From Candidatus Latescibacterota bacterium (GTDB taxonomy: Bacteria; Latescibacterota; UBA2968; UBA8231), in NCBI GenBank assembly GCA_965242865.1, contig CBDETK010000013.1, positions 736,001-800,000 on the forward strand: 64,000 bases of DNA, read 5' to 3'. The notes beneath the pieces are model-generated. The model was given only the letters and a program-made list of their open reading frames with translations, was not told the origin of the DNA and searched no databases. Both the position numbers and the translations under genes were made by a program. The number at the start of each line of letters is the position of its first letter. Position 1 is the first letter of the stretch. Shown here in pieces: positions 1 to 10,300 of the stretch.

Positions 1-139
1 GAGGACGAGGACGAAGAAGAAACCGAGGACGAGGACGAAGAAGAAACCGAGGACGAGGAAGAAGAAACCGAGGACGAGGAAGAAACCGAGGACGAGGAAG
101 AAGAAACCGAGGACGAGGAAGAAACCGAGGACGAAGAGC
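1..139 (+). repeat. Coding tandem repeat (18-24 bp units, EDEEET / EDEEEET / EDEDEEET)
   Basis: Directly visible gaggacgaggaagaaacc-type units; unit order differs from the array at 12513-12719. Confidence 0.95.
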
Positions 140-636
140 CGGCTGTGGAAGGACAGGCCGAAGGCGAGCAGACAGCGGAAGCCCCCGCCGAGGGCGATCA
201 GACCGAAGAAGGCGAAGACGAACAGACCGAAGGCGAGGGCGAGCAGACCGAAGAAGGCGAAGACGAACAGATGGCGGAGGCCCCCGCCGAAGACGAACAG
301 ACCGAAGGCGAAGAAGAGCAGACCGAAGAAGCCCCCGCGGCCAAGGTCGCCCTGCCCGACGCCGCCCTAGCCGCCCGAGCGGCCCCCAACCCATTTAATC
401 CGACCACGACCCTACACGTCCAGCTACCCGCCAGCGGCCCCGTCCGGCTGACCCTATACAACGTCGCCGGGCAAGTCGTGCATACCTTGGTGGACACCGC
501 GTTGGACGCGGGCTATCATACCTTCTACTGGGATGGACGAGACCAACACGGACGCCCCGTAACGTCGGGCGTGTACCTGTATCGGCTGGTAGCGGGACCG
601 CACGTCGTCGTGGGCAAAATGGCCCTGATCCGCTGA
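1..636 (+). CDS. 3' end (partial, runs off window start) of a giant surface protein; acidic linker + FlgD-Ig/T9SS type A-like C-terminal domain; paralog of 4359-13163
   Basis: Frame 1 is open from base 1 (EDEDEEET...) to TGA at 634-636; ends APNPFNPTTT...YNVAGQVV...WDGRD..G..V.SGVYLYRL...KMALIR, nearly identical to the end of the protein at 13163. Confidence 0.9.
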   Translation, partial: EDEDEEETEDEDEEETEDEEEETEDEEETEDEEEETEDEEETEDEEPAVEGQAEGEQTAEAPAEGDQTEEGEDEQTEGEGEQTEEGEDEQMAEAPAEDEQTEGEEEQTEEAPAAKVALPDAALAARAAPNPFNPTTTLHVQLPASGPVRLTLYNVAGQVVHTLVDTALDAGYHTFYWDGRDQHGRPVTSGVYLYRLVAGPHVVVGKMALIR

Positions 637-663
637 GGAAAGAGCATGAGGAGGACATACTTA

Positions 664-795
664 ATGCACATACGCCACATCGCAACGAATCATACCCTTA
701 TGGCAATTGGAAGCCTTGGACTCCAGTGCGCGTTACCTGTGGAGTTCCAACGCGAGATGTACTCCGCGCTGCATCCTCGCCCGGAGACGCCGTAA
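664..795 (+). CDS. 43-aa small ORF (MHIRHIATNHTLMAIGSLGLQCALPVEFQREMYSALHPRPETP), copy 1
   Basis: GAGGAGG RBS upstream of ATG 664; stop TAA 793-795 overlaps the next ATG (TAATG). Below the ORF-track cutoff. Confidence 0.5.
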   Translation: MHIRHIATNHTLMAIGSLGLQCALPVEFQREMYSALHPRPETP

Positions 796-2444
796 TGCGC
801 CGGGGCATGGCTCGCCTTGCGGCTTTGGGATGCGCCCTGTGCTTGGGGCCGCCGTGGCTGGCGGCCGACGAATGGGTGATCGGGGGGCATGGCTTGCCGT
901 GGGGCGAGCTCGTTCAGGTGCGCGCCCAAATCGACGACCAAAGCAGTCCGGGCGCGATCCAGTTGCGCGGCTTTACGCCCGACGAGAACATCATCACCTC
1001 GCTGGCGTGGGCGTATGGCAAGCCCAACGACTTGGTCAGCGAAGGCCATGCCGCGCTGTGGGACAATACAGCGGCCAAGAATTCCCGGTCGCTGTCCATC
1101 GTCGATGGCGACGACACCACCAGCACCGCCGACCTGTTCAAAACGGCCGGCGTCGATCAAGACGGGCGCACGTTCTTTTTGGACCTGGGTTCGCGCGTGC
1201 CCGCCGACAGCTTGGTGTTCTTTCCGCGGCAAGAGGGGACGTATGCCAATGGCAAGCCCTTTAGCGCCGACTTTGTCCGCAAGCACCGGATTTCCGTCAG
1301 CGACGGGCTGACATATATCAACAAGCAGCCGCTGTTCACCTTGCTGCGCGACATTCCGGTCAACCCCAACAGCGTGTTCACCATGAAGTTCCCCCAGCAG
1401 TTCATTCGCTTTATTCAATTGCGCGTGGGGTCGCGCAGTCCCTTTGAGATCGCCGAATTTGAACTGTACGGCAATGGGTTTGTGCCGCGGGCGACGTATC
1501 GCAGCCAAGTCATTGACTTGGGCGAGGTGTCCAACTACGGCACCATCTCTTGGGTGCAGCGCACGCTCGCCTTGGCCGATGGCGCATTGGTTGCATTGTC
1601 CGAGCCGGGGCAGACCTCGGTGGCGGTGCGGATGAAGACCGGGCAAGACGACAGCCCGCGGGTTCACTTTCAGAAGGTGGTGGACAATGAAACGCGCGCG
1701 GTGAGCCAAGAGGTGGTCTCGGAAGCGGACTACAACAAGCTGCCTTCGGGACAGAAGGGCGACATTGAGGACGACGCCGACAACTGGAGTCCGTGGTCGT
1801 TGCCGCTCGCGTCCGGGCAGTTGATTCCGCTGCCGAGCCCGCGGCCGTACTTTCAGTTGCAGATCGTCATGGAGAGCCAGTCCGTGACGCAGACGGTGCG
1901 CATCGACTCGTTGCGGATTGAGCATTCGCTGCCCCCGGCGTCGGCGGTCGTCGGCGAGATTTCCTTGGCGGCCGAACCCAACCCACCGGCCGACATCGGC
2001 GTCATCGACAAAGACGATACCGTGGTGCTGCCGAGTATTGACGGGGGCGAAGAGGTGCTCTTTGCCTACGACGTGCGCGCCGTGATCAACGCCAACCAAA
2101 ACGGCTTTGACGCCTTGCGCATCGACACGCCGACGCCGGTGCGCTTTGTCGGCTTGCAGATGGGCGAGCCGCTCGCGCCGGTAGAGCCGGATCGCGTCAG
2201 CGCGGGCGACCGCAGCCTCGAAGTGGTGTTCACCAGCCACAAGATAACCTTTGCCAACAACGTGCCGCTGCATATCCCTGCTCAGTTGGGGTCGATTGAA
2301 ACAGAAAGGACTGTGAGATGCGCTTTATTTTGCTGGTCTTATGGCTACTGCTCGCCCTTTGGGAGCCAGTGGCGGCTCGGACGATTCGGGTCTCAGAAAA
2401 GGAATCAGAACATGGGGAACTGGCCTTATATATGGCCCTGTTAG
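795..2444 (+). pseudogene. Truncated copy of the 13322-15283 gene, broken at the duplication junction
   Basis: Near-identical to the intact gene up to ...FANNVPL (2271), then reads into unrelated out-of-frame sequence; lacks the PNGDG CTD. Confidence 0.85.
2272..2316 (+). pseudogene. 3' remnant of a fourth beta-helix paralog (ISLLSWGRLKQKGL*)
   Basis: atatccctgctcagttggggtcgattgaaacagaaaggactgtga matches the gene ends at 2948-2992 and 3624-3668 with three substitutions (tcgattg vs ccaactg). Confidence 0.85.
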
Positions 2445-2992
2445 AGGCGGCTCCGCACGATACGTTGCTCGTCGCTGCCGGGTATTATGAGGGGGGTGGT
2501 ATTGACAAACCCCTGACGCTCATTGGGGCCGGAGCCGATAGCACAATAGTGGCAGGTCCCTACACGGCAATCGGGATAGGAGCCGAAGGGGTAACCATTG
2601 AAGGATTTTATATACTGGGCTTTGGGAAATGTCGTCTGACGAGTGCTATTTATTGTAATAATTGTTCTGCAACGCTCAAGCACAACATTCTCGAAGGGTG
2701 TTACTCGGTGATTACCACCGATGGTAATGCTCGACTAACCGTCAACTACAACCACCTAATAGCAGGAACCTTCGCCTTTGACATTTTCCCCTTTGACCCT
2801 CCGAGTGCTATTGACGCTCGCTTCAACTGGTGGGAGACGACGGTTGAACAGGAGATACAGGCCAAGATAGCCGCGGCGATGGACGAGGTGGTGTATCGGC
2901 CTTGGCTGCAAGGTCCCGAGGAAATCTTCCGTGATCTCCCTACCTTTATATCCCTGCTCAGTTGGGGCCAACTGAAACAGAAAGGACTGTGA
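2318..2992 (+). CDS. Secreted right-handed beta-helix (pectin lyase-like / NosD-like) protein, paralog A, C-terminal SWGQLK motif
   Basis: Signal peptide MRFILLVLWLLLALWEPVAA; DTLLVAAGxY..IDKPLTLIGAGADST..VTIEGFYI beta-helix cap pattern; IDARFNWW motif. Confidence 0.75.
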   Translation: MRFILLVLWLLLALWEPVAARTIRVSEKESEHGELALYMALLEAAPHDTLLVAAGYYEGGGIDKPLTLIGAGADSTIVAGPYTAIGIGAEGVTIEGFYILGFGKCRLTSAIYCNNCSATLKHNILEGCYSVITTDGNARLTVNYNHLIAGTFAFDIFPFDPPSAIDARFNWWETTVEQEIQAKIAAAMDEVVYRPWLQGPEEIFRDLPTFISLLSWGQLKQKGL

Positions 2993-2993
2993 G

Positions 2994-3668
2994 ATGCGCT
3001 TTATTTTGCTGGTCTTATGGCTACTGCTCGCCCTTTGGGAGCCGGTGGCGGCTCGGACGATTCGGGTCTCAGAAAAGGAATCAGAACACGGGTACATGGC
3101 CTTGTATTGGGCTCTGATTGAGGCGGCTCCGCACGATACGCTGCTCGTCGCCGCTGGCTTGTACGAAGGAGGCAGCATCGATAAACCCCTGACGCTCATT
3201 GGCGCAGGGGCCGATAGCACCAGAGTGGCGGGTGCTTTCACGGCTCTCGGGATAGGAGCCGAAGGGGTAACCATTGAAGGATTTTATATACGGGGCCATG
3301 GGAAATGTCGTCTGACGAGTGCTATTTATTGTAATAACTGTTCCGCAACGCTCAAGCACAACATTCTCGAAGGATGTTACTCGGTGATTACTACCTCTGG
3401 TAATGCTCGACTAACCGTCAACTACAACCAACTACTAGCAGGAACCTTCGCCTTTGACGTTTTCCCCTCTGACCCTCCGAGCACTATTGACGCTCGCTTC
3501 AACTGGTGGGAGACGACGGTTGAACAGGAGATACAGGCCAAGATAGCCGCGACGATAGACGAGGTGGTGTATCGTCCTTGGCTGCAAGGTCCCGAGGAAA
3601 TCTTCCGTGATCTCCCTACCTTTATATCCCTGCTCAGTTGGGGCCAACTGAAACAGAAAGGACTGTGA
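2994..3668 (+). CDS. Beta-helix protein, paralog B
   Basis: 676-bp tandem unit; 20 amino-acid differences from paralog A over 224 aa (counted by eye). Confidence 0.75.
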   Translation: MRFILLVLWLLLALWEPVAARTIRVSEKESEHGYMALYWALIEAAPHDTLLVAAGLYEGGSIDKPLTLIGAGADSTRVAGAFTALGIGAEGVTIEGFYIRGHGKCRLTSAIYCNNCSATLKHNILEGCYSVITTSGNARLTVNYNQLLAGTFAFDVFPSDPPSTIDARFNWWETTVEQEIQAKIAATIDEVVYRPWLQGPEEIFRDLPTFISLLSWGQLKQKGL

Positions 3669-3669
3669 G

Positions 3670-4353
3670 ATGCGCTTTATTTTGCTGGTCTTATGGCTAC
3701 TGCTCGCCCTTTGGGAGCCGGTGGCGGCTCGGACGATTCGGGTCTCAGAAAAGGAATCAGAACATGGGTACTTTGCCTTGTATTGGGCTCTGATAGAGGC
3801 GGCTCCGCACGATACGCTGCTCGTCGCCGCTGGCTTGTACGAAGGAGGCAGCATCGATAAACCCCTGACGCTCATTGGCGCAGGGGCCGATAGCACCAGA
3901 GTGGCGGGTGCTTTCACGGCTCTCGGGATAGGAGCCGAAGGGGTAACCATTGAAGGATTTTATATACGGGGCCATGGGAAATGTCGTCTGACGAGTGCTA
4001 TTTATTGTAATAACTGTTCCGCAACGCTCAAGCACAACATTCTCGAAGGATGTTACTCGGTGATTACTACCTCTGGTAATGCTCGACTAACCGTCAACTA
4101 CAACCAACTACTAGCAGGAACCTTCGCCTTTGAGATTTTCCCCTCTGACGAATTGCGAGGCAATAGTGGTATTGAGTCACTCAATAACATGAGTTCCATT
4201 GACGCCCGCTTCAATTGGTGGGAAACGGAAAAGCAGGCCGAAATCCAAGCAAAAATAGCTAGCCCTAGAAAGGATCTAATCAACATTTCTGGCCATCTAA
4301 CCGAGAGCACCAAGAAATTAGTTATCAACCGGGAAAACAAGGAAGATAGGTGA
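3670..4353 (+). CDS. Beta-helix protein, paralog C, with divergent C-terminus lacking SWGQLK
   Basis: Identical to B to residue 154 except M35F, then diverges (insertion before IDARFNWW, different tail). Confidence 0.75.
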   Translation: MRFILLVLWLLLALWEPVAARTIRVSEKESEHGYFALYWALIEAAPHDTLLVAAGLYEGGSIDKPLTLIGAGADSTRVAGAFTALGIGAEGVTIEGFYIRGHGKCRLTSAIYCNNCSATLKHNILEGCYSVITTSGNARLTVNYNQLLAGTFAFEIFPSDELRGNSGIESLNNMSSIDARFNWWETEKQAEIQAKIASPRKDLINISGHLTESTKKLVINRENKEDR

Positions 4354-4358
4354 TTACG

Positions 4359-7300
4359 ATGAACCGTGCTATACTCAAAACAACCGTTCTGCTTGCTCTA
4401 TTACTCGTTGGTACTGTCCATTCGGCGACCATAACCACGTCAGGTCGTAAGGTACTAATAGACGGGGAGCCTTTCTTTGCTCTTGGCGTTTACTACCAAA
4501 GGGTGGATACGTATAATACGTCTTTCACTTCATGGCAAACGCTAGCGGATCATCGTTTTAATCTACTAAATCTATCCGATCCTTTTCCTATTACGCCCAT
4601 TGATTCCCAAACGGATCCGTACGCCTTCTCTTTTAGAGGCTTTATTACGGCGGACTTACCGTGGATGCAAAACACTCACCAGTCCCCCCAGCCCCCCCGG
4701 CCCCCCCAGCCCCCTTACAACAACCCTACTAATGCACAAGCTATAATGCAGAACGCGGCGGCTCATGGTATTTACGTCATCGCAGACCAAGCTCCTTTTA
4801 CACCTGATGGTGCCAGAGCATTAAACGGAACTAACCTGAGGACTTATGGCATTGATGCCATGAGAAATGACGTCATAAATGCTACTAAGAGACAGGAATT
4901 CATTAACAATTTAGCATTGCCATCTCCTCAAGGGTGGTCTCATTTCGGTATAGATCATGACAATTTTTTTGGGTGGAACAGTTTGGACGAACCCGTATGG
5001 TTTTGGGGACCTTATGAAGGTACGCGCTATAAGGGGATGCCGATTCCCTATAACAGAAATCAAAATGTAGTACCTATGTATAATAACCTGATCTTGGATA
5101 GCTACAAAAAGATCAAGGCTGTCGATAGCACTCACGTCGTATTTATGAACTTCGCATACGCTCACGGATCCGCTACTAGTAATAGGAATACTGCCTCATG
5201 GAATGCGGATGGCGAGTTGGTCGTCGGAGGGGATAACATTGTCGATAATTATGTGGACGACTTAACACTGTATAGTGGAGCGGCTGACATTATTTCTGTG
5301 GATATTTACCCGATACATAGCTATGGAGGCCAGACGCTCGGTACTTGGCCTGATCGCTATTGCCTGTTCGATGATAGAAGCTTATCCGTTATTGGAAAAT
5401 ATCAGAAATTGCTCAATGAGCGCGTCGTAACCGATAAGCCTGTTTACCAAGTACTACAGGCGTGGACTGGTCGTATGAGGCGACCTTTGACAGCCACTGA
5501 AGTTCGATTTCAAGCGTATGATGCAATCATCAACGGGGCTGCGGGCCTACTTTGGTTTGGCTGGCATGTTCCTGAGGCATCTAGCGGGCATGATGATACT
5601 TGGGAGCGCACCAAGGTGCTCGTGCGCAACGAGTTAAGCGATCCCATTCTCTATCCCGTCTTGTCGGCGGATACGTCTCCCCTCCACAGTTCGGTCTCCG
5701 TCAATACGCCTGATATTGAATTCTTACTCAAGGAATACAATGGCCAGTCGTATCTTTTCGCGGCTAATACTTCTTCCACGACGACCCACAGCGCAGTAAT
5801 TTTTAGGGGGTTGTGTTCACAGGCGACGAGTGCTGAGGTGCTATTCGAGTCGCGCATGGTCACTTGCCGCAATGGGGAAATCCAAGACAGCTTCGATCTC
5901 TACCAAGTGCATGTGTATAAACTCGACAACTGGTCGGGAACACTGGCTCAGAATACGACTTGGAGCGGCACCGTCCGAGTCTCCGGTGATATAACGGTTG
6001 GTTCGGGTACTACACTGACATTGGAGCAGGGGACCGAGGTTCGCTTTCTGGCTAACACGGATGATACCAACGGCGGCGACGACACCGCTCGCTCGGAACT
6101 GATCGTCGAGGGCACACTCAACGCGAACGCCGGCACCATCACCTTCCGCTCGGCGAGTGCTTCTTCGTCCAATACTGATTGGTATGGCATCCGCGTGGTC
6201 ACCGGCGGTCGTGCCGATGTGTCCAACGCAACGATCCGCGATGGGATGCACTGTGTGCAGACCCATCAACTCAACTCGGTCACGCTGACCGGCCTGACCT
6301 GCGGTAATGGTGCTTCGCCGGTGCGCTTTGCCGAAAACAGCACGGACGCGGTAGCTACTTACCAAGTACCGGGAGCCTCGTCGGTTATGTGGACGCTGGG
6401 CGGCGCGGATGAGACACTCTTTACCATAAATGCTACCGGTCAGTTGAGGTTTGCTACCCCCCCGAACTTTGAGATGCCAAGTGGTAGTGGTGCGAATCGC
6501 GATAATACTTACGAAGTAACGGTGGAGGGGTATGCCGGGGAAGTCTATACGCTCTTCCCGGTGGTTGTGCAGGTGTTGAATGTGGAGGAGGAGGGGTCGG
6601 TTTCGCTGACGGGGGGGAGGCCGGAAGTGGGTCAGGTGGTGGTGGCGACCTTGACCGATCCGGATGGCGTGGTGGGGGTTCCGGTTTGGTGGTGGGAACG
6701 GGGGTCGAGTACGACGGATACGTGGACGGAGATTGCGTTGGCACATGCTGAGTCCTACAAGCCGCAGCGGGATGATATAGGGTATCAGCTACGGGCGACG
6801 GCGCATTACACCGACCGTCATGGCTCCAACAAAAGTGCGTCGGGGGCCACGAGTGCGTCGGTGGTCGGTCGGCCGAGTGCGCCGCGGGAGTTTGAGGCGG
6901 TCCCGGGCGCGGGTGCCGGGGAGGTGGTCTTGCGTTGGCAGCCGCCGGCGTCGGATGGGGGGTTGCCGATTGATGTTTATAAAGTGCTGTATTTTTCGGA
7001 GACGCAGCCGAATACGGATAAGGCTGGTTTTTCGGCGGTGTCGGGGGGTTCGTCGGCACAGGACACGACGATTAAGGGGTTGACCAACGGGACGCGGTAT
7101 GTGTTTCGGGTGGTCGCCCATAACGAAGTGGGCAACGGGGACCGGGCCGAGGCAAAGGCGACGCCGCAGGTTCCCTGTCAACTGACGGGGGCGACGGATC
7201 CAACGTTTGCAGAAAACGCCACTGGGGCGGTGGGCACGTACACGGCCAGCCCTGGGTGTGATTCGGCGTTGTCGTGGGGGTTGGCGGGGACGGACGAGAG

Positions 7301-10300
7301 CTTCTTTCGGTTGGCAGGGGAGGGCACGTCTCGGACGCTTGAGTTCAAGGATCCTCCTCCCAACTTTGAGCAGCCTGCCGACGCTGGCAAGAACAACACT
7401 TACGCGGTGTCGGTGTCCATCGGCGACGTGTCGGTGCCGGTCATCGTGTCGGTGACCGATGCCAACGATGCCGGTGTCATTAGCCTTTCGACGACCGCGC
7501 CGCGAGCGGAGGAATCCCTCACGGCAACGCTGTCGGACGAAGATGGGATTGCAGAGCCGGTGCATTGGACACCCCATTATGAGAGTGCCTCGGACGGGGA
7601 TGGCGTAACCGAGCCGGCGTCGGAGGCGACACAGACGTGGACGCTGACCATCCCCAGCAGCCGTGTGGGACAGTCCCTGCGCCTCCAAGCCGATTACACA
7701 GACTCTTTTGGTGCAGCGTCGGCGACGAGTGCTTTGACCTCGCCGGTGCGCCCGGCCTCCAACCGCGCCCCGTCGGTGTCGGGTCCGGCGTCGGTGGACA
7801 TAGCCGAAAACAGTTCCTCACCGTGGTTATTGGGCACTTATATCGGCCGCGACCCGGATGGCGACGATCTGACGTGGAGTATAACAGGTACGGATGCCAG
7901 TGCGTTTGAATTGAAGGAGCCAGCGTCGCCGGGGACGGAGCCATCGCGGGAACTCCATTTGGCGAGTGCGGCCGATTACGAAACCCAAGATAGCTACGAC
8001 GTGTGGGTAAAGGTCTCCGACGCGGCGCTGTCGGACAGCCTGCGGGTGTCGGTGTCGGTCGTCAATCAGAACGAGGATGGGTCGGTGGTGCTGACGGGGG
8101 GGCTGCCGCCGGAGGTGGGCACGGCAGTGGTGGCGGGGTTGACCGATCCGGATGGGCAGATTACGGGGGCGTCTTGGCAGTGGCAGCGTCGGTTGGGCGC
8201 GACGGGAGCATGGGAAGCGATTGGGTCCGGGGTGTCGGGGGCTTCATCGGCGGTGTCGGGTGCGGCCTCGGCGTATCCTGAGCTATCGAGTTACACGCCG
8301 GTGTCGGGCGATGTGGGGTGGCAGTTGCAGGCGACGGTGCGCTACCGCGATGGGCACGATCCCAACGCGGAACGGACGGCCGCGAGTGCGGCGAGTGCGG
8401 CGGTGTTCGGCCCTCCGGCCGCGTCGGTGACGGCTGGGTGGGGCCGTATTCGGGTAGAGTGGCCGGCGGTGGCGTCGGCGACGAGCTACGATGTGCAGGG
8501 GCAGGGCAAACCCTTTGATAGGGGCCCTTGGCCGGCGGCTTGGTCGTCATTGGCGACCAACATCACCGCTCTGCGGTATGCCCACCGGGGGGTGTCGCCG
8601 GATAGCCTGTATCGGTATCAGGTGCGCTCGCGGACAGATGCGGCGGTGAGTGAGTGGTCGGACCCGCTGCCGGATGCGGCCGGGGTCCAGCCCGGCGTTG
8701 ATGCTCCGACGGGGTTTCGGGCGGCGGCGGGGGCTGGTCAGGTGACGCTTCGGTGGACGGGTCCGGATCACGCCAGTATTACCCAGTGGCGGTATCGGGA
8801 TGTGACGGCGGAGGGGGCCGATACGGATGGGGATTGGCAGGACGCGACGGTCAGCGGCAGTGCCTCGACGGCGTGGGTGGCTACGGTAGAGGGCTTGACG
8901 GCCGGTCAAGCGTATCGGTTTCAGGTGCGGGCGGTCAATGGGGCCGGCGGCGGTCGGCCTTCGGTGGTGAGCAATACGGTCACGCCGTGGTTAGCTCGGC
9001 CCACGGGCGGTTCGGTTTCGGTGCAGGCCGGTCCGGCGCTGAAGGTTGCTTGGTCGGCGGTGGCATCGGCGACCGGCTATGAGGTGGAGGGGCAGAGCAA
9101 GCCGTATGACGGCGGGTCGTGGCCGTCGGCGTGGACGACGCAGCAGGCCAACGGCGCACAGCCCTATGTGCATCGAGGGGTCGATGCCGACCGCCGCTAT
9201 CGCTACCGAGTGCGGGCGCGGGTCGGCGAGACGGTGAGTGCCTGGTCGGATACGCTGCCGGGGGTGGCGGGAGTGCAACCGCCGCCGGGTGCGCCCACGG
9301 GCTTGACGGCCACGCCGGGCATCCGACAGGCGACGCTGACGTGGACGGGGCCGACGCACACCAGCATCCGCGAGTGGCAGTATAAGCGGGGCCAGATTTT
9401 GGAGCCGATCACCGCGTGGGGAGGGTGGCTGTCCATGGGCACGGCGGCGATGACGCGGTCGTTTATAGTGCGGCATCCGCTGGTGGATGGGGGGTCTTAT
9501 CGGTTTGAAGTGCGGGCGCGCAACGGCGGAGGATGGTCGGCGACGACGCGGACGGATACGGTGACGTTGCCGGTGGATACCAAGGGAAGTGTGGCGCTCT
9601 CGACGACCACGCCGCGGGTCGGCGACGACCTGACGGCGACGTTGACCGACCCGGATAACCCGACGGATGTGGGGTTTACTTGGTCGTTTTCCCTGCCGGC
9701 GGGGGTGTCGGGGGCCAATGGGGCCGATCCGCCGCCCAGCGCAGTGCAGTCGGAGCCGTTGCGGGTGAGCACAGTGCATTTGGGGTTGCAGATCCGGGCG
9801 CGGGTGTCCTATGCCGATGACTATGGTCGGCAGCAGGTGCAAAGTCCCAAGACGTCGGCGGTGGTGGGGCCGCCGTGGGCGCCGCGGACGTTTACGGCGA
9901 CGGCCGGCGACGGGCAGGTGGCGCTTGCTTGGGAGGTGCCCTTGAAAATCGGCGGCTCGGCGATCACCAGCTATCAATACCGCTACAAGAAGACCAGCGG
10001 CAGTTGGCCGGAGAGTTGGACGAATGCCGGCACGGCGACGAGCGCGACCGTGACGGACTTGACCAACGACACTCCGTACTCCTTTGCGGTGCGGGCGGTC
10101 AATGGCTACGGCGACGGCACGGTCGCCTCAGCGTCGGCGACGCCCCAGCCGAAAAACCGCGCCCCGGATGTATCGGGTCCGGCGTCGGTGTCGGTGGCCG
10201 AAAACAGCCCCCCATCCACGTCATTGGGCACGTACACTGCCCGCGACCCTGACGGCGACGAACTGACTTGGAACTTGACGGGGACAGATGCGAGTACGTT

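Larger units (their letters stand above)
1..2271 (+). repeat. Segmental duplication, copy 1 (visible part)
   Basis: Matches 12513-14798 with a constant offset of 12527 downstream of the acidic linker (636/13163, 795/13322, 2271/14798); scattered SNPs and one 54-bp indel. Confidence 0.95.

Noticed and set aside
634-642. TGAGGAAAG recurring at gene ends (634, 13161, 28734, 33556) as a recombination site
   Set aside because: Explained by a TGA stop merged with the next gene's ribosome-binding site.
690-2273. Long antisense ORFs (also 15343-16644, 19338-20492, 22447-24048, 29267-30517, 39401-40588 and others)
   Set aside because: Shadow frames of well-supported genes in GC-rich DNA; no recognisable motifs.
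2318-4353. Diversity-generating retroelement TR/VR pair
   Set aside because: Differences between copies are not adenine-specific, all copies are full genes, and there is no reverse transcriptase in the window.
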